Assembly (NCBI RefSeq): GCF_037042905.1
Contig: NC_087246.1
Span: 1,304,001-1,368,000, forward strand
DNA: 64,000 nucleotides
From: Lytechinus pictus
Taxonomy: Eukaryota
Direction: 5' to 3'
The notes beneath the pieces were generated by a model. The model saw nothing but the letters and a program-made list of their open reading frames with translations, was not told the origin of the DNA and made no database searches. The position numbers and the translations under genes were made by a program. This document shows, in pieces, positions 11,950 to 24,923 of the stretch. Each line of letters opens with the position of its first letter. Position 1 is the first letter of the stretch.

Positions 11950-13320
11950 GACTATATGCTCAGCTAGTGCTATGAATTACCATTCAAGTAACAAGGACTG
12001 GACACACCAGCTATACCATACAATCTCTGTGAGAGAGAGAAATCATTACAACATAATAACCAAAACAATGTCTCCATACCTTCATCACAATCAGCTAAAT
12101 TCTCAGGAAAACTCATAACTCTAATCAATAGTGTGGCAGAAAAGAGCTGGGATATAAAGTCTCTATAAACTTTTATCAGAGACACATAGCTAACAATATG
12201 TATGCAGCATCACACACAAAACCAGGCTGAAAATTGTCCAGTCATTGATGTGACTTATTTTATACTAGCTACTCTTTAAAACAACAAAATGATATTATTT
12301 TTCACCAGAAATATTTTTTCATTCAGTGTCCCACTTTGTAATTCAATGAACACAACCACAAAACACACTGTAGAAGGTCATCTATTTAATCATTTTTTTT
12401 AGCTAAATGGCTTAGTGTTTGTAGACATAGGTGGTTTGCTGAGATCACAATAAGGAAATTCTAATGTTTTCTTTAAAAACAGATCAAAACTGGAATTTAG
12501 TAGGACTAAACCCCAAAATATAACACATGTAAATACGCCTACTTGTAAAATGTTAGAGAAAATATAACATAGCAGGAAATAAAAAAGAAAATAAACATTG
12601 AAATAAAATGAAATACTCTATGAAAAAAAAGATTGTATGTATTACATAGCTCTGCATACATGAAGTTTTAAACCCTGCTCTCCATCAAATCAATACATCT
12701 CAGGAACAATTTCTAAGAGTAACATTAATATTATTTTTTACACATTTCAATCCCTATCATCAGACAAATAAACAGTAAAGAAATGAAAGCAATACAAGGT
12801 TTCAAGTTCATTAAACCCCATTAACATCAAGTACAAGTTTATTTTCATCCACTCTGCTACACACAGAATGCAATGTTAATTCAATAATGGTTAATTAACA
12901 ATTCTACAGTGTAAATTATTAATTATCAAGAAGGTCTAGTGCAGCAAATTTACAACAAAATTCTCATAAGAAATTCAATAAAGATAGAAAATGCAGAGAG
13001 AAAAAAATTGAATTCAAATGTCACTCAAAATCAATATATTTATTTTGTGCTGGTATCTAAAATGAAATAAAAAATCAAATGTTTAAAGAATTGTGTCTCA
13101 ACTAAAATCTGTCATCTGCCATTTAAAAAAAAATTGAAAGAAAAAAGATGAGGTAACAACCCAGTGACACAAAAGAACCAAATATAAATTATAATATAAT
13201 TAAAATTACAAAACATAAATTGATTATTAGAGATAAATGAAAGCTATTTAGTAATTGCTATGTAACAAGAGATCATAAAACTTGTTTGGTGCCTTTGACC
13301 TTAAATTCAATCTATAATTT

Positions 13321-13720
13321 ATGATGATAAATGATGATGGTGATGATGACAATGATGATAATAATGGTGATGGTGGTGACGATGATGGTGGTGGTGGTGA
13401 TGATTGATGATGACGAAGAAGATGATGATGGTGATAATGATGACAATGATGATGGTGATAACGGTGATGGTGGTGATAATGGTGATGGTGGTGACGATGA
13501 TGATGATGGTGGGGGTGGTGATGATTGATGATGACGAAGAAGATGATGATGGTGATAATGATGACGATGATGATGGTGATAACGGTGATGGTGGTGATAA
13601 TGGTGATGGTGGTGACGATGATGATGATGAAGATGATGATGATAATGATGATGATGATGGAAGATGACGACGACTATGATGATGTTGATGATGGTGATAA
13701 TGTTTATGGTAATGATGGTG
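13321..13720 (+). repeat. (GAT/GGT)n degenerate microsatellite with an internal ~121-bp duplication
   Basis: Direct reading; unit gattgatgatgacgaagaagatg at about 13401 and 13522. Confidence 0.9.
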
Positions 13721-15679
13721 AAATCTGGTAATTATTATAAATAAAAAAGGGATAAAAAAAATTACAAAATTTTTAAAAATCTTATTTCGTTACAACAGAG
13801 ACATATCATACACACATGTATGAAAATTATGATTTTAAGAAAAAGGAAAGTGAGGGCATCTATTTTCACAAAATATAACTTTGTTGTCAGATTTTGATGA
13901 AGTTTTCAGCATTATGCACTATTTACATACATGTATAATCATTTTCAACCTGTAGTACCCCCATTAGGGAGTATTGCAAGAAAATTAGAATGAAATGCAA
14001 GAGAATTGCAGAGCAAAATCCATCATAAATCTAGCATTTGTCAATAATTGCTGGACTGCTATAAATTACTTTGCTATAAAATAATTAGATATGATCGATC
14101 CATTGAGAATTTGTAAATGATCTCTCTATTTGATTACCACATCCCTTTAGATGACTGATAATTTAGGGTGCTTTAAAGCAAGGAGCTTTTAAAGCTAAAA
14201 TTGCTCTTGAACTCATTCAAAGTTTAATCCACTACCATTTCAGTTTGTAAATACATTACAAAAAAATACCTAAAATTAATATGGTGTAGACTGTGGACAT
14301 TGAGCAACATGAATGCTTTACGCTTTAAATTAATAAATTAATATTTCAAACTTTCTTGTACTTTACAAATACAATTTTTAATATTAAAAGTAATTCAAGA
14401 AAAAAAGGGCTAACCAAAACACTCTGATCTTTGATGAGAAAGATACTTACTAGAAATGCCCCAAAACCTGATACGAGAAACACAGCAATTTTGGTCCTTT
14501 CCAAGTTCCTTACATTGACAGATATGATCTCCTTTCCAACTTGTGTTAATCCTACTGATCGCAAGAATTACTCTGCAAATAATAACAATCAAAATGCAAA
14601 TATAGGCCAGACACAGATGCATGCAATATTTCTGCTAAGTCATTATCAACACAACTGTGTATACATGTACTCTGTCTGTAGGCTCTGTAATTTACTCTTG
14701 GTTAGTATTTTATGCAGGTGGAGTAGAGAGGTGGTTGGGGAAGGGGTGGTGGTTACTTTTACTAACTGGTTAGTGGGAAATCAACAATTATTACAGAAAA
14801 TGTGTTCTTAGCTCATTTTCAATAGGCCTTTACTGCAAATTTACGAGCTGTGAAATGAGCTACTCTTTCATGCCAATGACAGAGTGACCCCTCCCCTCCC
14901 CACCACCCACCCTCTCTCTTCAAATTTTGAAAATATCCTAGTGAGAAGTGGCACCCATGTGTGCAATAAATAGACATGCTGGTAGAATAACAATTGTTTG
15001 TTTAATACATGGATGAGGTTGTTGGAGTGGAACTCAGTTGGATACCTGACAGCCAGCATATCATCTAGGAATACTTTACCATAGACAACCACTTCCCCAC
15101 CCCTGACAAGAAAATAAATAAACAAATAAGTAAAGAAATAGATAAAACATTGATTTTTAATCACTAATTCACCTTTTCTTCATAAATTAAAAAAAATATT
15201 CATCATTAGTTATTTTCATGTTAATTTGATAAAACAGTATTTCCTTTGAGATAATTTCTATCATGATGATCTCTCCTCCCCCTCTTTCCAATCCCTTCTT
15301 TCTTTCTTTCTTTCATTCTATCCTCCTTTCATCATTTCCTCCCTCCATCCCCCCTCTCTCTCTTTCTTTCTTCCTTCCTTCCTTCCTTTTTTTTTTCTTT
15401 CTTTATTTCTTTCTTTCTTTCTTCCTTTTCTGTCTGTCTAAATCCAATCTAAATCTTATGTAAGGGCGAAAGATCTCTCATATCATGGACCTATAGGTAC
15501 ATGATATGAGCAACAGCTGATGCTCATCCCATGGTCCATGCTCTTCCTAATGGCATTGGTATGTTTGCCGGAAACAGACACAGCAGTACCTTGTTTAACA
15601 GAGAATCTAATACCCTTTTCTCATGATGGTTTCATAAACCCACACTATTTCTAACACCATACTCTCTTCAATCCCATAT

Positions 15680-16225
15680 CCCGGGGGGGGGGGGGGGGGG
15701 GCACTCGACCAAAAAAGTGGTAGGGGTGTGCCGCGGGCGAGACAAAAAACGGGGGCCTTGGAGCGGTCTTATTGTAAAAAGGAGGGTCCTCGGAACGGGC
15801 TTCGGAACTACAATTTTGTGAAAACGGGGGTCCTTGGAACGGATCGCCAGCGTGCGAGTACGTGCGTATGTACCCCTATGGAACGGGCATGCGTGCATGA
15901 TGCAGCTATACGCGGCCTCCGCTGGGTGCGCTAGCGCGGAGACGATGGTCGGACAGCGCTCGGCGGCCGCTTTTCACCAAAATTGCAGCAGATCAATGCG
16001 ACCGGAACGGCGTAACGAAAAATATGCGAAGCTTTGGAGCGGATTTCTTTCTTTTTTTCTCTCGATAAGAACAAAGTGCTATGCCTTGGAGCGGCTTTCT
16101 TTGTTTTTTGTCTCAATAAGACAAAAAAGCTATGCCTCGGAACGAAAATTTGAGTGTGAAAATGGGGGTCCCCTCCGCGGCACATACCCACTATGCATTA
16201 TATACTGAGTGCCCCCCCCCCCGGG
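15680..16225. mobile_element. MITE with CCCGGG/poly-G termini, 8-bp TSD TCCCATAT
   Basis: TSD at 15672-15679 and 16226-16233. Confidence 0.85.
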
Positions 16226-17257
16226 TCCCATATACAGGGGCCATTTTCCATTTTGCAATTTTATCTATATCATTGTATAAATATAATATTTTGATAATCA
16301 TATTTCTACCTGTTGCTGTTACTAATTTATATAGCATGGAATAAATAAAATTGAACTGAAATTACATTGAATTGAAAAAAAATAAATCAGAATAAGAAAA
16401 GCAAAATAATTCAAACAAAACAATGAAAATTTCATTACAGAAAACAAATGAAAAGTAGAATTCTAACTTTTGCATGATTTCACTTAAACAATTCTTCACA
16501 TGTCATAATGTAAAGTATGTACAATGAAACGAGTGAGTTGTTGATGTCTTCTCTTCAGCTTTTTTATTTGTATTTTATATGAAATGATAATTATTCGAAT
16601 TTCTGCTATAAAATTAAGCTTCTGAGATATGCAAGACCATCATTCCTGCAGTTATATTTTGTTGAAAATACAAAGAAGACAATACATGTAACTGTACTGT
16701 ATGTAATATAAAATGAGTGTTAATGATGTAGTAAAATGATATCATTAGCTCACTAATTTCTAAATTATTCACAGAAATAATTTAGTTTAAAAATTTACTA
16801 ACTTCTTTATTTTTTGTCAATCAATTTTCATGAAATTTCTATTGTTTGTGTTTCAAACTTTACTCCACTCATGGCAAATGTTACATTATCATAGTTCCAC
16901 TTAATATATTTTAAACACTGCCAAGGAATTAATAATCACATCTTGATCAAGAAGATTTTAATAAATAGGATCAATAATGTTCACTAGATTTATATGAGTG
17001 TAGGTATTGCGTTGAGCCTCAAATTAATATCTTTTAGATGTTCAATCAGATGCACTCTTAAAAGCCTGTCTAAAAGCATAAAAGGGTCAGTCATATGAAA
17101 TATACTCAAGTATCATCAAACATTACAAAAGCCTAGTTGTCATTGAATTAATTATTTTTTTTCTCCATACAGACAAACAATTGTCTAATTAGGATAACGT
17201 TAATGCTTTGAACGGTCATTTGAACCATGTTTAAACGTTTTGACTCAGCCCTAAAAT

Positions 17258-17849
17258 CCGGGGGGGGGGGGGGAGGGCAGTCAAATATATTGCTACACAT
17301 GCGTGACCAACAAAAAAAACACATTTAAAGAGGTGTTTTTTCAGTTTTGGACGCGGGCCGCGCATGCACTCATTAAGGGTATCAAATACGGTTTTTAAAA
17401 AAGGTGGTCTTGAGAGACTGGTCAATCGCAGGGTGAAACGTATTTAGGGTATGTTTTTTTTCCAAAAAGCTTTTTTTATAAAGACTAGCCAAAGGTGTTT
17501 AGGGTATGTTTTTTCTTCAAGCTTTTTTCCGGGGCTTTTTCCTCCTCGTTTCTGAAAAGTGTTCTGGTTCTTCCCGATTGTGGTATTATAACCCTAACTG
17601 CACTGGGGTCATGCAATACCCATGAACATAGTTTTGTCTATTTATTATTGATAGCAAGTAGACAAAACTTGTTTAGGGGTCATATTCTGGCAACAATTTG
17701 TTTAGGGGCCAAAATGTGTAAATGAAGCAAGCGAAAGACTTGTTTAGGGGGTTATTTTGCACACAGAGAAAAACTCGTTTAGGGGATGTTTGGAAATAAT
17801 TTGGTCACACATGTGTACAGCAATACATTTGACTGCCCCCCCCCCCGGG
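17258..17849. mobile_element. MITE with CCGGG/poly-G termini, 8-bp TSD CCTAAAAT
   Basis: TSD at 17250-17257 and 17850-17857; TIR continues GGGCAGTCAAAT / ATTTGACTGCCC. Confidence 0.85.
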
Positions 17850-19987
17850 CCTAAAATAGACGTATAGCTGTCTAACCTCTACCATGTTAGATCGAAAGGT
17901 TCAATATCTGTGTTTCTTTGGTTGTTCTGCTGGACTACATCTTGTTGGAAGAGAAACCAAAAAATAACATGTTTAAAAACTCCACCCAACTGCCAACAGA
18001 CTGATTTTAGCTGTCTACTACTACGTCTGACCTAGTCTAACGTGCAAATGTATTGGTTGAGTTTTTCACTGCTGTGCCAGTCATCTGTCACTGCCTAACC
18101 AAAATGGTTCTAAAAATCATTTGCAATGTTGGATGATGTCTTGTGGCATCTGATATTAATCCTTACTAATTCCCTGAAATGTTGCAATGTTCAGATAAAA
18201 GATCCAGCGAAAGAAGAAGGAGTCAATCAAAGTTTAACTTGTACAATCGGTCAGTATGGTCCAAATTTTAGCCATCATTTTTCTTGGGTGACAGTATGAG
18301 ATGCTGCACTAAGTAATCAATGTTTCCCAAGCTGCCCACTCAAGTTATCAATATTTGGTATCAAAATAAAGATTTAAAAATTAACAGAGATTATTCCATT
18401 TTGAAAGTGGGGAAAGAGTTCCATATATACCCACGCCCGAGAGGCTTTGAGAATGAAGCCAAGTTAATGCACTTTTACGTAAGACCAGTGCGTGTGTGTG
18501 AGCATGCATGATATGGCCATGTAGTAAATGTATTGGATGTTTCACTTCTCCCAGTGGGACATACATGTAGACAGCAAAAATAAATTCAGTGAAAATTATC
18601 CCCAGTTCACTGTCTATTTTTTATGATTTTTTATTATCTTCCAATAATCTTTTTATGATCTTTTATTATTTTCCATTAATCTTGTTATGAAACCTGATAT
18701 GTTAACTTTGACTAGCGCACACAATTGGTGTCAGCACTTGATAAAGTGAACAAACTTTCCTAGATTTCTTGAGTGGAGAAATCTTTGAAAACTGAGACAG
18801 TCAATGTACTAGTGTAAGCTGTGACGAGCCCAATTTTCTGACCAGCACCTAACCTTATGAGTTATGACTTATGAACATGATGAACACCAGCTTTCAATAT
18901 TCAATATCCACAGCAACAACTTACAAAGTCAACATCAACAACTTGAATTTGAAATTCACATTGACTTTCACTGTCTTAGTCTTAATAATTTGTTAGACTG
19001 GGGCCTGTTTCTCAACACTGGGACAAGTGAGATTCATACATGTATCTTTATTGGCCAACCACATTCCTACATTTTAATTAGAATCCCTTGATATCAGTAC
19101 TATTGGCAGAAGGAGCAGACAAGATGTAACCTTAGATACAAAAGAGCCTAATTTTTAAAAAGAAAAACCATAAAAACTGCAATTATTGTGATAAATTGGG
19201 AGACACATATGATAACAATAATAGCAGAGGGAAATATGAATCATACATACAGCACTCAATTGCTGAGAAAATAAAATTCATGACTAAAAAATGTGGATAT
19301 TGAGATGGGGGAGATGGGTACCCCTGGGATATCAAATTTTCATAGTTTACGGAGAAAAACCCAAAAAGTTTTCTTTGTAAAACGATGATAGTTGCACAGT
19401 TTTTAATGATTCCAAACACCATCAAAATGGTGTAAAATAAAGTATTAACTCTAAGATACTGAAACATATCATTTGACAAATTCTATGCATAAAAGTAGAG
19501 ATACAATTCATCAAAATATTGAAACAGGTCTGAAAACAAAGAATACGAGTCCAATTATGGATGGCCTGACATGGTAGAATCTTTATCTAGATATATTCAA
19601 TTATTTTACTATTTCAAAATGAATAGTTTTATGCCTTTTAATTTTTACCAAACAGCTTTTTATAGAGAGGTCTAGATCTAGTTTCTGTCCATTAATATAT
19701 TGGCATAATGCAGAATTTAAATTATAAGGTTCCTCCCCCGGACCATGCCAATTCTTCAGACATCACTGTTTATCACCAGGAGCTGGATATAGATGAACAG
19801 AAGATCCTGCGTCCAGAACCGAACCTATGTATATGTGAAAGATCTAGCACATTATAGATTTCGATCTAATAACTAAATTGTTTTGCAAATGTAATTTCGA
19901 CTAGATCTATGTCATGTAAGATTATAATTTTCAAATTTTGATGCACACATGATGCCACAAGGCCTAACGTTCGATCTATGACATATA

Positions 19988-20535
19988 CCCTTTTTACACA
20001 CGCTAAAATTTCCTTAACCCCGTACTATAGGTGGGGCTAAATTGCCATTTAGCCCCACCTATAGTACGGGGTTAAGCTTAGCCCACTTTCTTTTTACACA
20101 GCATTTTTGCAAAGTGGGCTAACCCCACCTTTAGTACGGGATTATTTGGCCCTGCAAAAAAGCAGGGTTATCCCAGCAATTGCGGTGCTAAGAGCGATAG
20201 TACGGGGTTAAGATCGCTAGTGTAAAACGAAAGTGGGCTAAGCTTAACCCCGTACTATAGGTGGGGCTAAATGGCAATTTAGCCCCACCTATAGTACGGG
20301 GTTAAGGAAATTGTAGCGTGTGTAAAATGGTACGAGTGAAGTACTTGTACTACGAATGATCGAAAAACCACTAGTCCGGGGTTAGCGAGTTTCGTGTGTG
20401 AAAAGCAAGCATTCCTTATCCGGGGTTAGCAATAACAATTTGGCATGTGTAAAAAGGGAAAAAAAATAGTACGGGGTTAAGGATAGTACGGGGTTAGCGA
20501 TAGTCCGGGGTTAAGAAAATCCTGTGTAAAAAGGG
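19988..20535. mobile_element. Palindromic MITE, TIR CCCTTTTTACACA, TA flanks
   Basis: 13-bp perfect TIR; many AACCCCGTACTAT/ATAGTACGGGGTT units. Confidence 0.8.
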
Positions 20536-20812
20536 TATTAGTTTATGTAATGTAACTGACACTGGTACTTGTGACAGGTTCAGACTTTGACTTTCATTAG
20601 TTTAGTCAGGTGGTCAGTAGAGGCGCTGGTCCAATAATTGGGATTGTCCCAGAAAACAAGGATATATCCTCATAAACCAAGACAAATCATGTCTTGATAA
20701 ATTGAGACTGTCCTTGTTTATCGGGACATTTTTTTTTCTTACCCCTGCCACTATGCTCACTGCAACCATCCTGCCTGTGGGGAATCTAGTACAGGTAGGA
20801 CTATGGTATGCC

Positions 20813-21474
20813 TACCTCAAGTGATGTTCGTGCAGGCTCCACTTCACTACGCTCAGACCTCGCGCATGCGATGTTTTGAAATTGGCAGCGAATTATTTAT
20901 ACGTGAGAGGAACTCGATGTTGGCTCTAAATCACAAATTATCAGGCTAACCGGAGGATGGATATGGAGTGAAATTAAGATGAAGAGTAAGAAATCAAGCT
21001 TCTTATTTTTTTAAAGCTAGTTTCGGTGTACAATTTTCACAATAAATATGCATTTTTCCCACCTTTGCCACTCCGAGTATCAGAGCGAGTTTTGGACCTT
21101 GAGGTTCGGGTAGGTGGAGCGTAGTGTAGCGGTAGTGAAGTCGAGAAGTGGAGACTTTTTAAGGCTTTTGTTCGACCTCATCTTGAGTATGGGTATGCTG
21201 TGTGGAATCCATACAAGGTAAAGCATATTGATGCACTTGAGAATGTGGTACTGCCCACAATGTTAAAAATATTTTTCATAATTTGAATTGCCTCTCAGAA
21301 TTACTATTTCTTATCATTTGAACCTATAACTGGGTCTGTTTTGGGAGACTAGTCGACATCTGGAATTAGGTGATGGCGTGTTGGAATGATATTTTGATTG
21401 TGTGAGTGGGGGAGGGGCCGGGCAGATTGCATTGTTTTGAAACATGAAAGAATTCTTGCTTCCAACGCTATCTT

Positions 21475-21507
<33 letters not shown>

Positions 21508-22084
21508 AACACACCCACACACAGAGATGGGGAGGGGTCAATTTTTTTCTGGAGTCACAACCTTAATGGGAAGCCACTGGCTTCTTTCTTTGTCTCCCAA
21601 AAGTTTCAATGGCCATCGAATGTCCAATCACATATCGGCTCAAATCAGCTCGTTGTATATGTGTGTATGTACTTTCTTTTTTTATGCACACAGACATGCA
21701 ACCATCTAGAGTTATATACACCTATGCAACAACAGACATTGTGTATCGAGGGCATGCAAGGCCAGGTGGGATTAAAATTTTCGGACCTCTTTGAGATTGG
21801 TGTTTAACTGTGAATGTGATACAATCATTGTTCATTTTTGACAAATTATATCGGTAACATAATTTTTCAAAACTGTATCAAGTATTTAAAAACAAGTTTT
21901 ATCATTGTTATCTTGTCATTTTGTTACTATTACTTGAGTAATCGAGTTATCCCAAGTGTCTAATCGGTGTAAATTGTGCTAATCGATTAGAGATCGGCGG
22001 CAAGCAATTCGAACCATTCGATCAATCGATGTTTACTCCCAAGCCTAGTATGTAGTGGAGCCTGCACAAAGATCACTTGAGGTA
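20813..22084. mobile_element. Non-autonomous DNA transposon, 31-bp TIR TACCTCAAGTGAT.TT.GTGCAGGCTCCACT, 9-bp TSD TGGTATGCC
   Basis: TSD at 20804-20812 and 22085-22093; TIR matches at 29/31 positions. Confidence 0.85.
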
Positions 22085-22173
22085 TGGTATGCCAATGCAG
22101 TAGGCTGAACAACACACACTTTAAAAATTGTTAATAAAATAACAAACACTTTTGTAAGATGGGCCCCTGTGGT

Positions 22174-22612
22174 CAGTAGAGGCGCATGGCCAATGTGGGA
22201 GACTGTCTCCCATGAGAGAGATTATCTCCAATATCAGAGACTTTTGTAAAGAATTTGGGTATCCAATTTCAGAGACAGTCTCCAGTTTGGAGACCAATTT
22301 CCTTTGTTTACATTTGCTGCAAAAGGATTACCTTGGCAGAAAATAAAAATGTGATAAGCAGATTCCTCATGAAAAAATACCCCTTTTCACTGTCTACTTT
22401 AAAAATTCACCATCTCTACTTTTGTTTTGATAAGGATTTTTGTTGTCATCAACACACAAAACAAATGGGCTTCTGACCTCAATGAGAGTTTCTGAGACAA
22501 AATTTTGGGTGGAAAAAAATTGTACTGTTGTTTTTGTTCTTTTGCAAAGCAAGTCTCCGATATGGGAAATTGTCTCCCATATTGGAGAGAGTCTCCCATA
22601 TTGTCTGTGCGC
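22174..22612 (+). repeat. ~430-bp dispersed repeat with inverted GGGAGAC/GTCTCCC ends, copy A
   Basis: Near-identical to 31238-31670. Confidence 0.8.
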
Positions 22613-22764
22613 ATTCCATTCCATTCCTTGTTTTTATTTGGCAATAAGTCATGATTGACTATTTTTGTCTTGTCTTCTCTATCCGTTAATGCCCACAATC
22701 ATTATATTGATTATTATGGCATATGAACATCAATATTGACTTGACCTGTATTTTGCCGGGACCG

Positions 22765-23074
22765 GCAGGTGCAATACACCGGGTGAACACCCTACTCTTT
22801 GACGAATAGTGTATTGGTTTTAACGTGCATAGGTTGTGACTCTCCTATACACGAGACCAACATTTGCATCCTTTCCGATGGACGGAGTGTTTTCCAACTG
22901 CATTCACACCTGCACTGCACTGAATACAGTGGTGAGGCACGCTTACACACAACGCTATAGCATCAGATTTGTTGTTAAACGCGTTTTGGCATGAGCGGGA
23001 CTCGAACCCCTCACGTTGAGATCTACAATCTTATCCGAAACATGCGCTCTAACCGACTGAGCTATGCTGCCTCC
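22765..23074 (-). mobile_element. tRNA-derived SINE
   Basis: Minus-strand head GGCAGCATAGCTCAGTCGGTTAGAGCG (A box) ... GGTTCGAGTCCC (B box), followed by about 220 bp of non-tRNA body. Confidence 0.75.
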
Positions 23075-24285
23075 ACAACTATTTGAAAAGAAGGGTAACA
23101 ATTTTCTTTAGTATTATTATTTTTTTTATATTCATTCCTTTTTTTCTATGAAAGAAAAAAACAACATTTAAATACATACGAAACAAAACACTGAGGAGTA
23201 AGATATCACTATCAGCAAACAACAGGGGAATTAGTCTACTTCCCGAAAACGATAAGCCAGGACAGGTTGCCCCTTCATCGAAGATCTATGTCATGAGATA
23301 TTCTTGAATCTAGTAGTAGAAATTAGAATCTATAAAAGAAAAACATTTTAAAACAGGATAACTTTTTAACAAGTTTTTCGCCTCTACTGGTGCCATGGTG
23401 GTATAGCTTTTATCACCCAAGGGTTCATTACATGCCGCCGCGCACAGAAAATTCAAGCCATAGAAGTCTTGTGTTGTGGACCCAAGAAGTGAGATCCCAG
23501 ACCCAGCACGCGCGACCCACTAGTTAGAAATCCACTGCCAAACGCGATTCGTGGTGCGAGGTTAGCCTATGATATAACTATTATAACCTCGCAATACGTG
23601 TGAGTGAGCTTTTAATTTTATCTAAGCCTAAGGCCAAGCTCAATCTTCTTCCACAAATATAATATGGATTTGACGGTAGGCCTATACTAGGCCCTACATA
23701 TTACAATCAGTATAGTGAGTGATTGTATTACCGACCGGCCTTGTATTACCGAACGCGCGCATCATACGCATCAGAAAATAATTTTACGCTCAAAATTTTG
23801 CAACATCCTTCCAAAGAGAACTTGAATAGAAAGATGATGAAAAATTGTAAAAAAACCCATTTTCAAAGTCTTAATATTCTTAAAATAATAAAATATGGTC
23901 AAAATAGCTCATCAGTGATTTTGTTGTTTTCTCAACTTTTCCCATAGATAACACACGTTCGGTAATACGATACCTTTTTCAAGTGACCCAAATATTTCAC
24001 ATGCGAAGAGGGGTCCGATTGGAAGCTAATATCGTAAAAAGGAAAAACAATTTCGGCAAAATTTTTACATATTGATATTTTGTAGGTAATTGTGTATTTA
24101 TGGTGAAAGTTTGGTGAATTTCTTGCCCCGGGAACCTCGACACGACGTCTTTAGACAGTGTCGAGGTCCTGAACGCTACCATTCGTTCTCACCGGAGTGC
24201 ACTGATGCACTAGATTAATCGCTAAATTACAAAAACATGGATGATAAAACGAAACCAAAAATACGACAGTTAGGACTGACCTTAC

Positions 24286-24422
24286 CTAAACAAACTGAGT
24301 TCAAGATACGTTCTCCTTAAAATTACGAAAATTCGATGGAATCGTACAATAGAGGATCAATTTTCGGATTTCGTACGAATCGCCATGTTGAATTAAATGA
24401 AAAACATGTATGCGCATGCGCA
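24286..24422 (-). promoter_or_regulatory. Promoter-like island: NRF1/P3A2-type palindrome TGCGCATGCGCA (24411-24422), YY1-type AACATGGCG (24381-24389) and donor AG|GTAAGG at 24285
   Basis: Motifs read directly in a CpG-rich context; function inferred. Confidence 0.4.
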
Positions 24423-24767
24423 ACATGAATATTTATAAGATGTCGTCACTGTTAAGGTTAATGAATATGCATTACAAGAAGAGATAAGAAAACTTCGGTC
24501 GAATCACAAACTTGCTTTTCAAATAAATCGCGATTTAGGTATTTCAGTAATGGATATCAATCTTGCTTGCATTTAACATAGAAAAAAAAACATTATTTAA
24601 AGAAGAATTCATTTCATTAAAATTATATTTATCTCAATCTGTATATTATGAACAAACATGACTGCGTTTACAAAATATCTTTTTTTTAAATTAGAGATGT
24701 AATAAGTTAGAATCAAGGTCAATATTGAGTCGACATTGACGTCAGAAACGTAGTTCGCGTTGCAAAT

Positions 24768-24923
24768 ATGGAGGAACTTGAAGAAGAATTTGCAATAAAA
24801 TTAAAGGTGCCTCAAAAACAGGCCCTGGAAGAGGCCCAGAGAGGAAATGACAGTCTCGTGATTCTCCCAACGGGTTACGGAAAGAGCACGTGCTTTGCCC
24901 TCCATCACAAACTAATGGAGAAA
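24768..24923 (+). pseudogene. Isolated N-terminal fragment of a RecQ-like (SF2) helicase
   Basis: MEELEEEFAIKLKVPQKQALEEAQRGNDSLVILPTGYGKSTCF contains a Q-motif Gln and Walker A LPTGYGKS; possible donor AAA|GTAATA; no downstream helicase motifs found. Confidence 0.6.

Noticed and set aside
13331..13731. Poly-Asp and poly-Met ORFs
   Set aside because: Translations of a (GAT/GGT)n microsatellite, with no splice or domain support.
22255..22698. Overlapping ORFs also seen at 31398-31933
   Set aside because: They arise from the duplicated 430-bp repeat; frames are not preserved between copies.
22989..23074. tRNA gene
   Set aside because: A and B boxes are present, but there is no clean acceptor or anticodon stem and the sequence runs into a SINE body.
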